Source: Planctomycetota bacterium (GTDB taxonomy: Bacteria; Planctomycetota; B15-G4; JADJEK01). Taken from it: DNA of 17,099 nt. Within the stretch, counting starts at the first letter, position 1; each line of letters opens with the position of its first letter. This document shows, in pieces, positions 1 through 7,722 of this stretch. Made by a program: the position numbers and the translations under genes. The notes beneath the pieces are model-generated. The model was not told the origin of the DNA, ran no database searches, and was given only the letters and a program-made list of their open reading frames with translations. The stretch spans positions 1-17,099 of the forward strand of contig JBGAIQ010000083.1 in assembly GCA_044225365.1 (NCBI GenBank), given 5' to 3'.

Positions 1-558
1 CGATACCACCTTCTGGATGTCGATGTGCATCGTGAGCTGGAGCGCCGGCTGCTTGTTGTCCGACGAGATCACGACGATCGTCTTCTCGAGCTTGTGCGGC
101 GGCTGGCCCGTCGAGTTGAAGTCGGTCTGGACCTCGCAGGTCTCCCCGGGCTTCAGGGTGCAGAGCGTCGTGCCTTCCACCTGGGTCTTCGGGTCGTGGA
201 GTACGCCGTCGGAAGTCTTCACGTGGGCGATCGTGCACCCGCAGGTCGGGTTCACGCGGAAGATCTGGAGGTCCGCCTTGCCGCGATTGCCGACGATGAA
301 GACGTGCTTCTTGATCTCGCCCTGGATCATCTCGCCGAGGTCGGCGTCCTTCTCGGGGGAGTAGATCTCGGGCGCATCCGCTGCGGGCGCGGCGGGAGGC
401 GTCTGCGGTGTCGGCTGCTGCGTCCCCGGTGCGGCGGGCGGTGCCACCGGCGCCGGCTTCACCGGATCCTGCGCGTGGGCGAGCGGCAGACCGAGGAGGC
501 CGGCAGCGAAGAGGGCGGGAACGAATCGTTGCGCGGATGAGGAGAGAACGCGATGCAT
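1..558 (-). CDS. Secreted DUF1573-domain (Ig-like beta-sandwich) protein, 3' end outside the window
   Basis: Absent from the ORF track because there is no stop in the window. Manual translation from ATG 558: MHRVLSSSAQRFVPALFAAGLLGLPLAHA|QDP (signal peptide with AHA cleavage site), a Pro/Ala/Thr-rich linker, then DLGEMIQGEIKKHVFIVGNRGKADLQIFRVNPTCGCT...LKPGETCEV...KTIVVISSD, matching the DUF1573 pattern N-x-G-xxx-L-x-I-xx-V-xx-(S/T)CGCT. GAAGGTGA lies just upstream. Confidence 0.85.
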   Translation of the reverse strand, partial: MHRVLSSSAQRFVPALFAAGLLGLPLAHAQDPVKPAPVAPPAAPGTQQPTPQTPPAAPAADAPEIYSPEKDADLGEMIQGEIKKHVFIVGNRGKADLQIFRVNPTCGCTIAHVKTSDGVLHDPKTQVEGTTLCTLKPGETCEVQTDFNSTGQPPHKLEKTIVVISSDNKQPALQLTMHIDIQKVVS

Positions 559-624
559 GGAGGTCACCTTCGAGGGACTTCGTGTTGGAGATCGACCCGG
601 CTTCCCGAGCTGGGAAAACCGACC

Positions 625-654
625 ATCCTCACGACGAAACCCGCCATCTGTCAA
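625..654 (-). promoter_or_regulatory. Putative sigma70-type promoter for the DUF1573 gene
   Basis: Minus strand: perfect TTGACA (654-649), 18 nt spacer, weak -10 GAGGAT (630-625), about 70 nt upstream of ATG 558. Confidence 0.35.
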
Positions 655-705
655 AGAGTTTGCGGTGCAGGGTCAAGTTTTGGACACGACGAAGTCGATA
701 TCGGC

Positions 706-735
706 TTGTCGCGGGCCCCGTAATCGACTTATCCT
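706..735 (+). promoter_or_regulatory. Putative sigma70-type promoter for the 807..1238 gene
   Basis: TTGTCG (706-711), 18 nt spacer, TATCCT (730-735), followed by an SD-like AGGAG at 776-780. Confidence 0.35.
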
Positions 736-806
736 ATACGTCCCCGACATCCGAAAGTTCGTTCTTCCGAAATCCAGGAGCCGTCCTCGGCGGCGTGGCC
801 TACAAG

Positions 807-1238
807 ATGAGCGGCAATTCCGCTACCGGTGGCTCGCGCCAGACCGCGACGCCAAAGACGGAATTCAAGGTCGTCGAGCCGCCCGTCCTTGGCGCGGATC
901 CCGTGAAGCAGCCCGTCGCGGACAGCGAGATCGCGAAGATCAAGAAGGGTGAGATGGTCCAGTTCCGCGACGAGAGCGGAAACGTGATGTATCGCAAGAC
1001 CGAGCCGATCAAGGGCAAGACGGGCACCGGCAAGGACCTCGTCTTCAACATGACGGTGCGCGCTTCGCCCGTTCCGATGACCAAGTTCAAGGGCGTCGGC
1101 GATCACGGCGACAAGCAGGTCAAGAAGAAGTGGAGCACGGCCGGCCTGCCCAAGTATCAGTTCGCGAACGGCAAGCTCACGCCGGCCGCGTCTGGCCCGA
1201 ACAACACGGGAACGACGGACGGCAACACCGGCAAGTGA
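807..1238 (+). CDS. Lys-rich hypothetical protein (~143 aa; start uncertain, GTG 795 or ATG 807)
   Basis: 3' part of track ORF 408..1238. Typical high-GC codon usage (AAG, ACC, GTC, GGC) begins only near 780. The upstream part of the track ORF overlaps the opposite-strand DUF1573 gene and the promoter region. Confidence 0.7.
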   Translation: MSGNSATGGSRQTATPKTEFKVVEPPVLGADPVKQPVADSEIAKIKKGEMVQFRDESGNVMYRKTEPIKGKTGTGKDLVFNMTVRASPVPMTKFKGVGDHGDKQVKKKWSTAGLPKYQFANGKLTPAASGPNNTGTTDGNTGK

Positions 1239-1241
1239 TGC

Positions 1242-1323
1242 GAACGCGGTGAGCCCCGAACTCACCCGTTCCTCATGAGGCTGTCGCAAGAGAGCCGCGC
1301 AGGGAGCGATCCCTGGCGGCTCT
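1242..1323. terminator. Two strong hairpins between convergent genes, probable bidirectional terminator region
   Basis: GAACG-C-GGTGAG/CCCCGAA/CTCACC-CGTTC (1242-1271) and AGAGCCGC-G-CAGGGA/GCGA/TCCCTG-GCGGCTCT (1291-1323, GNRA loop), lying between stops at 1238(+) and 1339(-). U-tracts are poor. Confidence 0.55.
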
Positions 1324-1338
1324 TCGATTTGCATCGCG

Positions 1339-3237
1339 TCACTTCTCGCGCTGATACGCCTCGATGAGACTCTTGGCGCGGGCGCGATCGGCGTCGCTCG
1401 ACGACGCACGCGACGTGACCTCGCGGAGCTGACGGATCGCTTCCGCCTTCATCGTCGGGAACTCGTGGTACATCTGCGCGAGATGGATCCGCGCCTTCGC
1501 GTATTCGGGATCCGCGTCGATCGCGCGGAGGTAGAGATCGAGGATCTTCTTCACGTCGCCGATTCGGGCGCGCTCGACCTCGGCGCAGGCGTCGAGGCGC
1601 TCCGCCGTCGCTCCGCAACGTCTCACCAGTTCGGCGTAGACGATGGCCGCTTCGTCGAGGCGATGCGCGAGCGCGAGCGACGAGCCGAGCTGGAAGCGGA
1701 TGTCGCCTTCGAGATCGCTCAGCGTCGTCGAGAGCTGTGGATCCGCGTCGAACTCGGAAACGAGCGGGCTCAGCGTCGCGATCGCCGCGGGATAATCGCC
1801 CGCGATGCCTTCCGCACGCCCGAGCGCGAAGCTCGCCTTGAGGCGCAGCGAGCGATCGTCCTTCGCGAGCGCGACCGCGCGCGCGAGTTCCTGCCGTGCA
1901 GGCCCGAACTGCCCTTCGTCGAGGAGGATCCCGCCGAGTCCGAGCGCGCCGGAATACGACTCGGGCCAGTCGCGCACCGTGGCGCGGTAGAGCGCTTCAC
2001 TCGACGAGAAATCGCGTGCGCGAGCGTGGGTGAGCAGGGCGAGCGCCAGAAGGCCGGCCACGCCGACGAATCCGAGGACGCGCCGCAAGGCGGAAGTCCT
2101 GTCACTCGATCCGCTGGTCGCCCACGCCGCGAGTGCGGCGACCGCGAGCGCCGCTCCTACGAGCGGGACATAGGCGAAGCGCTCGGCGAGCACCGTGCGC
2201 AATGGGAGGACGAGATTGCTCGCGGGGAAGATCGCGATCGCGAAGAACACCCATCCCGCCACGTACCCGCGCACGCGCGACCGCAACAAGAACGCGGAGA
2301 CGATCGCCGCGACGAGCGTCACGACCGCGAGGACCACCGCGTGCGAGTCGACGCGATCGCCGCTCGTGAAGAGCAACGGCTCGTACATGAAGTTGAGCGG
2401 ATTCGGCCACACGAGGAGCCGCACTTGGCGCGCGAGCCCGACGAGCGCGAAGGGCAAGTGACTCGCGAACGTGCCGCCGTACCAGTCGATTTGCCCCTGG
2501 ATGCCGCGGTCACGGACGACGAGATAGACCGCGAGATAGACGAGACAGCCAAGGCCCATCGCGAGCAACGGCTTCACTGCAACGCGATCGAATCGGCCCG
2601 TGCTCGCGCGATGCAGGACGAGGTAGAGCAGCGGCACGACGACCGCCGTCTCCTTGGCGAAGCCGCACAGGATCGCGAGCAGGAAGACGACGAAGACACT
2701 TCCGCCGCTCTCCGCTCGCCGCGCGGCGAGGAGCGCGAGCAGCACCGCGATCCCGGCATGGAGGTCCGAGCGGCTCGAGATCCACGCCACGGCCTCGGTC
2801 GCGAGCGGGTGGGCCAGGAAGAAGAGTGCTCCAAAGGCGGCGCCCTTCTTCGTCGCGGGAATTTCCATGAGCAGCAGGAAGAGCAGGAATGCGACGAGCG
2901 CGTGGAGGACCACGTTGTGGACGTGGAGGACCGTGGACGCCGGCGCCCCGATCACCGCCGCGAGCCTGCGATCGAGCGCGAACGACAAGGTGCGCAGCGG
3001 GCGATAGATGTCGCGGTCCGGCGGCGTCGCGATCGTGTCCTTGTCGGTGAAGAAACGCCACGGAGCCTGGTCGAGGAGATCGAGGTTCTTCGCGTTGTCG
3101 GCGATGAAGCGCAGGTCATCGCTGACGAATCCGCCGCGAAGTGCAGGGAAGTACAGGAGAAAGGCCATGGCCATCGCGATGGCGAGGGCGCCGAGCATGA
3201 CGAATCGCGATCGAGGCACGGCGGCGCGTTCGCTCAC
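1339..3237 (-). CDS. TMTC/PMT-like GT-C membrane glycosyltransferase with C-terminal TPR repeats (~632 aa)
   Basis: First TM helix followed by GGFVSDD (acidic DD motif), YRPLRTLSFALD, HPLATEAVAWISSRSDL, KETAVV, LLVWP, LAERFAYVP, many TM segments, then TPR-like helical repeats. Likely start is GTG 3237, overlapping the upstream stop (GTGA). Confidence 0.85.
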   Translation of the reverse strand: MSERAAVPRSRFVMLGALAIAMAMAFLLYFPALRGGFVSDDLRFIADNAKNLDLLDQAPWRFFTDKDTIATPPDRDIYRPLRTLSFALDRRLAAVIGAPASTVLHVHNVVLHALVAFLLFLLLMEIPATKKGAAFGALFFLAHPLATEAVAWISSRSDLHAGIAVLLALLAARRAESGGSVFVVFLLAILCGFAKETAVVVPLLYLVLHRASTGRFDRVAVKPLLAMGLGCLVYLAVYLVVRDRGIQGQIDWYGGTFASHLPFALVGLARQVRLLVWPNPLNFMYEPLLFTSGDRVDSHAVVLAVVTLVAAIVSAFLLRSRVRGYVAGWVFFAIAIFPASNLVLPLRTVLAERFAYVPLVGAALAVAALAAWATSGSSDRTSALRRVLGFVGVAGLLALALLTHARARDFSSSEALYRATVRDWPESYSGALGLGGILLDEGQFGPARQELARAVALAKDDRSLRLKASFALGRAEGIAGDYPAAIATLSPLVSEFDADPQLSTTLSDLEGDIRFQLGSSLALAHRLDEAAIVYAELVRRCGATAERLDACAEVERARIGDVKKILDLYLRAIDADPEYAKARIHLAQMYHEFPTMKAEAIRQLREVTSRASSSDADRARAKSLIEAYQREK

Positions 3238-4286
3238 GTCCGATCCCAACGCTCCGCGCCGATCGCGATGTCGAATTCGCGATGACAATTCCACCAGCAT
3301 CGATCGCAACGCTCGCGCGGCACGGTCGAGTCGAGACCACCGCGCACGATCGCTTCGAGCGTCTGTGGCGTCGCCTGGATTCCGCCACTGCGCAGCGTCG
3401 CGCCTGGAGTGCAGGCGAAGACGCGCCCCGCGGGATCGACGAACACGGCCGTGCGCGGTGCGGAGCAGGTCCCCGGAGTCTTCTCGCCCTTCAGGAAGCG
3501 ACCGATGCCGCTCAGATATTCGTTCGAGTTCTCGAGTCCGAGGTTCGCGAGACGCGAGGTGTCGAGTTCGTCGCGATCATCCGGATCCGGAACGCTCGCC
3601 ACGAGGTCGTGGACCGGCAGGAGTGAGAGCTCGTCGGCGCCGTGGGCGCGCACCGTTCGATTCAAGCTTGCGATCCGGTCGAGGTTCTTCGGCGTCACGG
3701 CCATCACGACCTGGAGGCGGAACTCCGCGGAGTTCTGGGAGCGGGCCGCGACGAGGAGGTCGAGCGAGCGAATCGCCTGTTCGAATGCGCCGCTGCGGCC
3801 GCGAAGCTCGTCGTGTTCCGTCGCCGAGTCGTGGTCGATGCTGACATTGATCGAGGCGATGCCGCTTCTGGCGAGGCGCCGGGCGCCTTCTTCATCGAGC
3901 CCCGCACCGCTGGTATTCAGATGGGTCACGAGTCCATGCTGCACGGAGCGTTCGATCGCGTCGAACACGACGGGTCGCACGAGCGGCTCGCCCCCGGTGA
4001 AGCCGAGGCCGAGAGGACGCAACTTCGCGATCGAATCGACGAAGCGGAGGACGTCGGCGTCGGAGAGTTCGTTCTCGCGGCGAAGAGGAAGGTCACACAT
4101 CGCGCAGCGCAGCGGGCAGCGCCACGTGATCGCAAAGGTCGAGAGGAGCGGTCCCCGCCACGCCTCCGGCAAATCGAGAGAAAGCCGTGCCGCGCCGGCG
4201 CGCAGCGATGCGAAGGCCAGCTTCGCGATCTCTCCGCGTCCGATCGCGCGATGTAGATGATGGCGCAGACTCGATCGCATGGTCAT
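3234..4286 (-). CDS. Radical SAM protein with SPASM/twitch-type auxiliary Fe-S domain (~350 aa)
   Basis: CPLRCAMC (CxxxCxxC), FTGGEPL, HLNTSG, VSIDH; C-terminal CSAP...VDPAGRVFAC...CDRCWWNC. ATG 4286 overlaps the upstream stop (ATGA). Confidence 0.9.
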   Translation of the reverse strand: MTMRSSLRHHLHRAIGRGEIAKLAFASLRAGAARLSLDLPEAWRGPLLSTFAITWRCPLRCAMCDLPLRRENELSDADVLRFVDSIAKLRPLGLGFTGGEPLVRPVVFDAIERSVQHGLVTHLNTSGAGLDEEGARRLARSGIASINVSIDHDSATEHDELRGRSGAFEQAIRSLDLLVAARSQNSAEFRLQVVMAVTPKNLDRIASLNRTVRAHGADELSLLPVHDLVASVPDPDDRDELDTSRLANLGLENSNEYLSGIGRFLKGEKTPGTCSAPRTAVFVDPAGRVFACTPGATLRSGGIQATPQTLEAIVRGGLDSTVPRERCDRCWWNCHREFDIAIGAERWDRT

Positions 4287-5407
4287 CGATTCGCCGCGAG
4301 TGTAGAGGGTGCTTCGGCGCACCGTGCGAGCGTACGCCAACGTTCGGTGAGGATCGTTGGATATGCCTCGCACGGCGTGAAGCAGTTCGGACAGTCTAGG
4401 GATCGCGCGGCCCGTGCCGCGGCCATCGCTTCGGTCGTCCTCAATGCGGCATCGATGGAATAATCGTGGTCTTCGAGCCGCGCGATCGGCCGGTCCCACG
4501 TCGCGCAGGGATAGAGCACGAGATCGGGATCGACGTAGGCCGACGCCGAGAGTGCGGCGCAGGGCAGGGGCGATCGATCGGTCGCGAGATAATCGGCGGC
4601 GAGGCGCCAATAGGCTCGTTCCAGGAGTGCGAACGGTTCGAGCGTGGCGTCGCGTTGCGTGGACTCTTGGAGCAGGAAACGCCGCAGCCGCGCGCGGTCC
4701 GGACGATCGGCCGGGCGGTTCTTGTAGTAGTGCGGCGCGTGGTGCGCGAGATTGAAGTGCAGGTCCTCGCGACGTAGTTCGGGCGCGGCGGCGAGCAGCG
4801 CGGAGACGAGGCCCTCGGGATCGGCGTCGTTGCGCGAGGAGAACGTGAGACCGACGTGGGACGACAGCCGTCGATCCGGGATCGCGCGCAGGCGGGCGAG
4901 CGTCTCCCGCGCCCGATCGAATGCGCCCGGCGTTCCGCGCAACACGTCGTGGACCGCTGGAGGACCATCGATGCTCACGGTCACGAACAGTCGGGGAAGC
5001 GCCGTGGAGAGCGCGCCGCGGACCGCGGACTCGATTGTGCGCGGCGATTGACCCGCCGTCGGGAAGTCGAGCACGAGGACCTTCGTCGCAATTACGGCCG
5101 ATTCGACGATCGCCGCGAAGTCATCGCGCTCGGCCACTTCGCCGCCCGAGAGATTGATCCACGACAGTTGCGGGTTCGCGCGGAAGAAGCGCTCGATCGT
5201 CGCAAGGTCCTGGCCCTTGCGCGGGGCTTTCCACAGCAGGCAGATCGCGCACCGGCACGAGCACTCGTCGGTGACGATGTAGGTGAGTTTGTAGGGCGCG
5301 CGATGGAACCGCGGGGGAGCGGCCGCCGCGAGGAACGAGATCCAGCGCTGCAGGGTGGCAGATCCCGAACGTTTCGATTCGCGATCGCGTGGATGCGTCT
5401 CGTTCAT
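4283..5407 (-). CDS. Radical SAM protein with SPASM/twitch-type auxiliary Fe-S domain (~374 aa)
   Basis: VTDECSCRCAIC (CxxxCxxC), LSGGE, VSIDGPPAVHDVLRG; C-terminal PCAA...VDPDLVLYPC...CPNCFTPC. ATG 5407 overlaps the GT9 stop (ATGA). Confidence 0.9.
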   Translation of the reverse strand: MNETHPRDRESKRSGSATLQRWISFLAAAAPPRFHRAPYKLTYIVTDECSCRCAICLLWKAPRKGQDLATIERFFRANPQLSWINLSGGEVAERDDFAAIVESAVIATKVLVLDFPTAGQSPRTIESAVRGALSTALPRLFVTVSIDGPPAVHDVLRGTPGAFDRARETLARLRAIPDRRLSSHVGLTFSSRNDADPEGLVSALLAAAPELRREDLHFNLAHHAPHYYKNRPADRPDRARLRRFLLQESTQRDATLEPFALLERAYWRLAADYLATDRSPLPCAALSASAYVDPDLVLYPCATWDRPIARLEDHDYSIDAALRTTEAMAAARAARSLDCPNCFTPCEAYPTILTERWRTLARCAEAPSTLAANR

Positions 5408-6588
5408 CGCTTCGAGCGCTCCGCGATGCTCGCGCGCTCGAGCGCCAGGAGTTCGTGAGCGGTCGAAAGGACGGCGAGCGGATCGATGGCGCTCATGCAG
5501 AGCGGTCGCGTGCAGAACGACGACTTGGCGTTGGTGTTGAGGAGACAGGGCGAACACGCGAGATCGAGGTACATCACGCGAGCGCGCGGCGCGAGCGGCC
5601 CGTAGAGCCGCGGCGAATTGGGGCCGTAGATGGCGATCTGCGGGACGTCGAGCGCGGCCGCGAAGTGAACCGGGGCCGTATCGTTCGCGACGACGAGGTT
5701 CGACGCCGCGAGCAACTCGATCCACTCCAGCAGGGAGAGTCGGCCTGCGAGATCGACGCTCGGCGCGGTCATGCTCCGCCGCGCGCGGGCAACGAGCGGA
5801 GCCTCGGCGGCCGTCCCGGTGAACACGATCTCCGCGCCTTCGCGCGCGACGAGCAGATCGCCGAGCCGGGCGAACGAAGCGATCGGCCACCGGCGCCCGA
5901 TGAAGTTGTCGCCGCTCCCGACGTGGAGGACGACGAGCGGTCGATCCCCATGTCGCCAGGTCGCGAGCCGATCCGTCACGCGCCGCGCCGCTGCGATCGA
6001 TCGCGGAACGTAGCGCGCCGGCTCGTCGGAAAGAGCGAGACCGCCCGCGCGAGCGAGGTCGCGAAAACCGTGAAGCATGTGGCGCTGCGTCGTACACGGG
6101 ACGGCGACGTCGTAGAGGTGATGGCGCGCCTGACCCGCGGTGCGGAATCCGACGCTGAAGGCCGGACGCGAGAAGGCGGTGAGCAGCGCCGTCGCGCGCA
6201 GGAATTGTTCGCCATCGAGGACGACGTCGTAGCGTCGCTTCCTCAGCTCCATCGCGAGTCGCAGGAGTTGCAGGATCGGCAGTCCGCTCCCGCTCTTGGC
6301 GTCGAAGGTGAGCACGTCGTCCACGTATTCACACGGCGCCGCGAACTCTCGATTCGATTCGAGCGTGAGCAGATCGACGACCACCCTCGGGTCACGTTCC
6401 TTGAGCGCGCGTGCGATCGGCAGGAACATCGTGAGATTGCCGAGTCCCCACAGCTTCACGAGCAGGACGCGGCGTGGGATTTCTCGCGGTGCGGCACGGC
6501 GTCGGTTCTTCGCGACGGCGAACGGGGCGAGGAGCGGAACGCCCGCGGCACGGTCGATCCACTTCTGGATTTCGATTCGTGTCGACAT
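5404..6588 (-). CDS. Glycosyltransferase family 9 (ADP-heptose:LPS heptosyltransferase-like, ~394 aa)
   Basis: RRVLLVKLWGLGN, LRKRRYDVVLD, RHMLHGF, VLHVGSG...RRWP, DLAGRLSL, ANDTAPVHFAAALDVPQIAIYGP, C-terminal CSPC...C...CM. Start ATG 6588 lies 7 nt after the upstream stop. Confidence 0.9.
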   Translation of the reverse strand: MSTRIEIQKWIDRAAGVPLLAPFAVAKNRRRAAPREIPRRVLLVKLWGLGNLTMFLPIARALKERDPRVVVDLLTLESNREFAAPCEYVDDVLTFDAKSGSGLPILQLLRLAMELRKRRYDVVLDGEQFLRATALLTAFSRPAFSVGFRTAGQARHHLYDVAVPCTTQRHMLHGFRDLARAGGLALSDEPARYVPRSIAAARRVTDRLATWRHGDRPLVVLHVGSGDNFIGRRWPIASFARLGDLLVAREGAEIVFTGTAAEAPLVARARRSMTAPSVDLAGRLSLLEWIELLAASNLVVANDTAPVHFAAALDVPQIAIYGPNSPRLYGPLAPRARVMYLDLACSPCLLNTNAKSSFCTRPLCMSAIDPLAVLSTAHELLALERASIAERSKR

Positions 6589-6595
6589 CGCGATC

Positions 6596-7573
6596 TCACG
6601 AGAACCGCGCGGAAACGCGCGGATCGAGGAATTCCGAACAGTTGCGGCAGGGCTCGGGAAGATCGCCGTCGCGATGCGCTCGACGCAGCCGTCGCATCGC
6701 CTCGCCCGCGAAGATCGTCTCCGGCGCGTCGACGCGCGAATCACCGAGCGCAAGCTGGCCCTCGGAGTCGTAGCAGCAGGTCGTCACTCGACCGTCGGCG
6801 AGCACCACGAGCAATCCGCGCCACGGCTCGCGGCACGCGGTCGTTCGCGGCGCTGCGATCATGCGGGGGATCGCCTGGACGCGATCGACGACACCGTCCC
6901 ACGCCGCGTGGAATCCGTCGAGACACTTCGTCGTTCGCTCCTCGAGCACCATCGAGACGTCGATTCGGAGCTTGGAGCCCGTTTCGTCGCGCATCCGTTT
7001 CAAGGCCAGCACGCGCTCGCGGATCGGCGCGAGCGCGACGCCGCGCGTCGCCTCGTGGGTGACGTCGTCGCCGTCGACGCTGATGGTGAGACGCGAGAGC
7101 GACGATCGGAGCAGCCCCCGACACATCGCGTCGTCGAGCAGAGTTCCGTTCGTCGTCAGGAAAGTGCGCACTCCGCGCTTCGTAGCGAATTCGATCATCT
7201 CGACGATGCGCGGGTGCAGGAGTGGTTCGCCCCATTGGAAGGGAAGCAGCGTCGTGACCGTCGGCGAACGGACGAGCAATTCCTGGAAGCGCGCGAAATC
7301 GAGATCGGCCTTCGGGCGCGCCATGTCGCGGTTCACGGGACAGTACGAACAACGAAGATTGCAGCGATTCGTGATCTCGACGTTCAGGGTCGTGAGCCGG
7401 AACGACGAATCGCTGCGCAACAAGAACGCGGCTTCGTTGAGGGCGGCGGTGGCGAGCGACGCGGCGTCGGGAAACTTGATGCGCAGGAGATCGACGAGGT
7501 CGGGCTTGCGCAGGTAGCGCCGCGCGACGACGTCGGTGATCGCTCGGGCGAACGGGGTGGCTTCCTGCTGCAT
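6596..7573 (-). CDS. Radical SAM/SPASM (twitch) protein (325 aa)
   Basis: VEITNRCNLRCSYC, WGEPLLHP, TTNGTLL, ISVDG; C-terminal CREPW...VLADGRVTTCCYD...CRNC. Confidence 0.92.
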   Translation of the reverse strand: MQQEATPFARAITDVVARRYLRKPDLVDLLRIKFPDAASLATAALNEAAFLLRSDSSFRLTTLNVEITNRCNLRCSYCPVNRDMARPKADLDFARFQELLVRSPTVTTLLPFQWGEPLLHPRIVEMIEFATKRGVRTFLTTNGTLLDDAMCRGLLRSSLSRLTISVDGDDVTHEATRGVALAPIRERVLALKRMRDETGSKLRIDVSMVLEERTTKCLDGFHAAWDGVVDRVQAIPRMIAAPRTTACREPWRGLLVVLADGRVTTCCYDSEGQLALGDSRVDAPETIFAGEAMRRLRRAHRDGDLPEPCRNCSEFLDPRVSARFS

Positions 7574-7580
7574 CGCGTTC

Positions 7581-7586
7581 AGTCTA
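7581..7586 (-). promoter_or_regulatory. Putative -10 element of a leaderless promoter for the radical SAM/GT operon
   Basis: TAGACT on the minus strand, exactly 7 nt upstream of ATG 7573, with no Shine-Dalgarno sequence. Confidence 0.4.
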
Positions 7587-7722
7587 CTTCAGTTGCTCGT
7601 CGGAAGGATCGAGTGGGGGGACTCGAGCGAGGCGGGCCGTCGACCGGTCGGCGGCCAGCCGTCCGTGATAGCGGCTCGGTCTCAGGAGGTCACGACGCCC
7701 CGGCAATTCGTTGGCCGGCAGG

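Noticed and set aside
408-794. 5' extension of track ORF 408..1238, and similar extensions 4287..4610, 5408..6097, 8603..9112 and 9857..10183
   Set aside because: They overlap neighbouring genes or promoters and have non-coding composition. Better starts with an SD or stop-start overlap exist downstream.
1465-3285. 606-aa plus-strand ORF, and similar long ORFs 5389..7062, 6296..8098, 10076..12046, 10198..11832, 12507..13895 and 15149..16252
   Set aside because: Antisense or alternative-frame shadows of motif-bearing genes. They are Arg/Ala-rich, have no recognisable motifs, and are expected in high-GC DNA with few stop codons.
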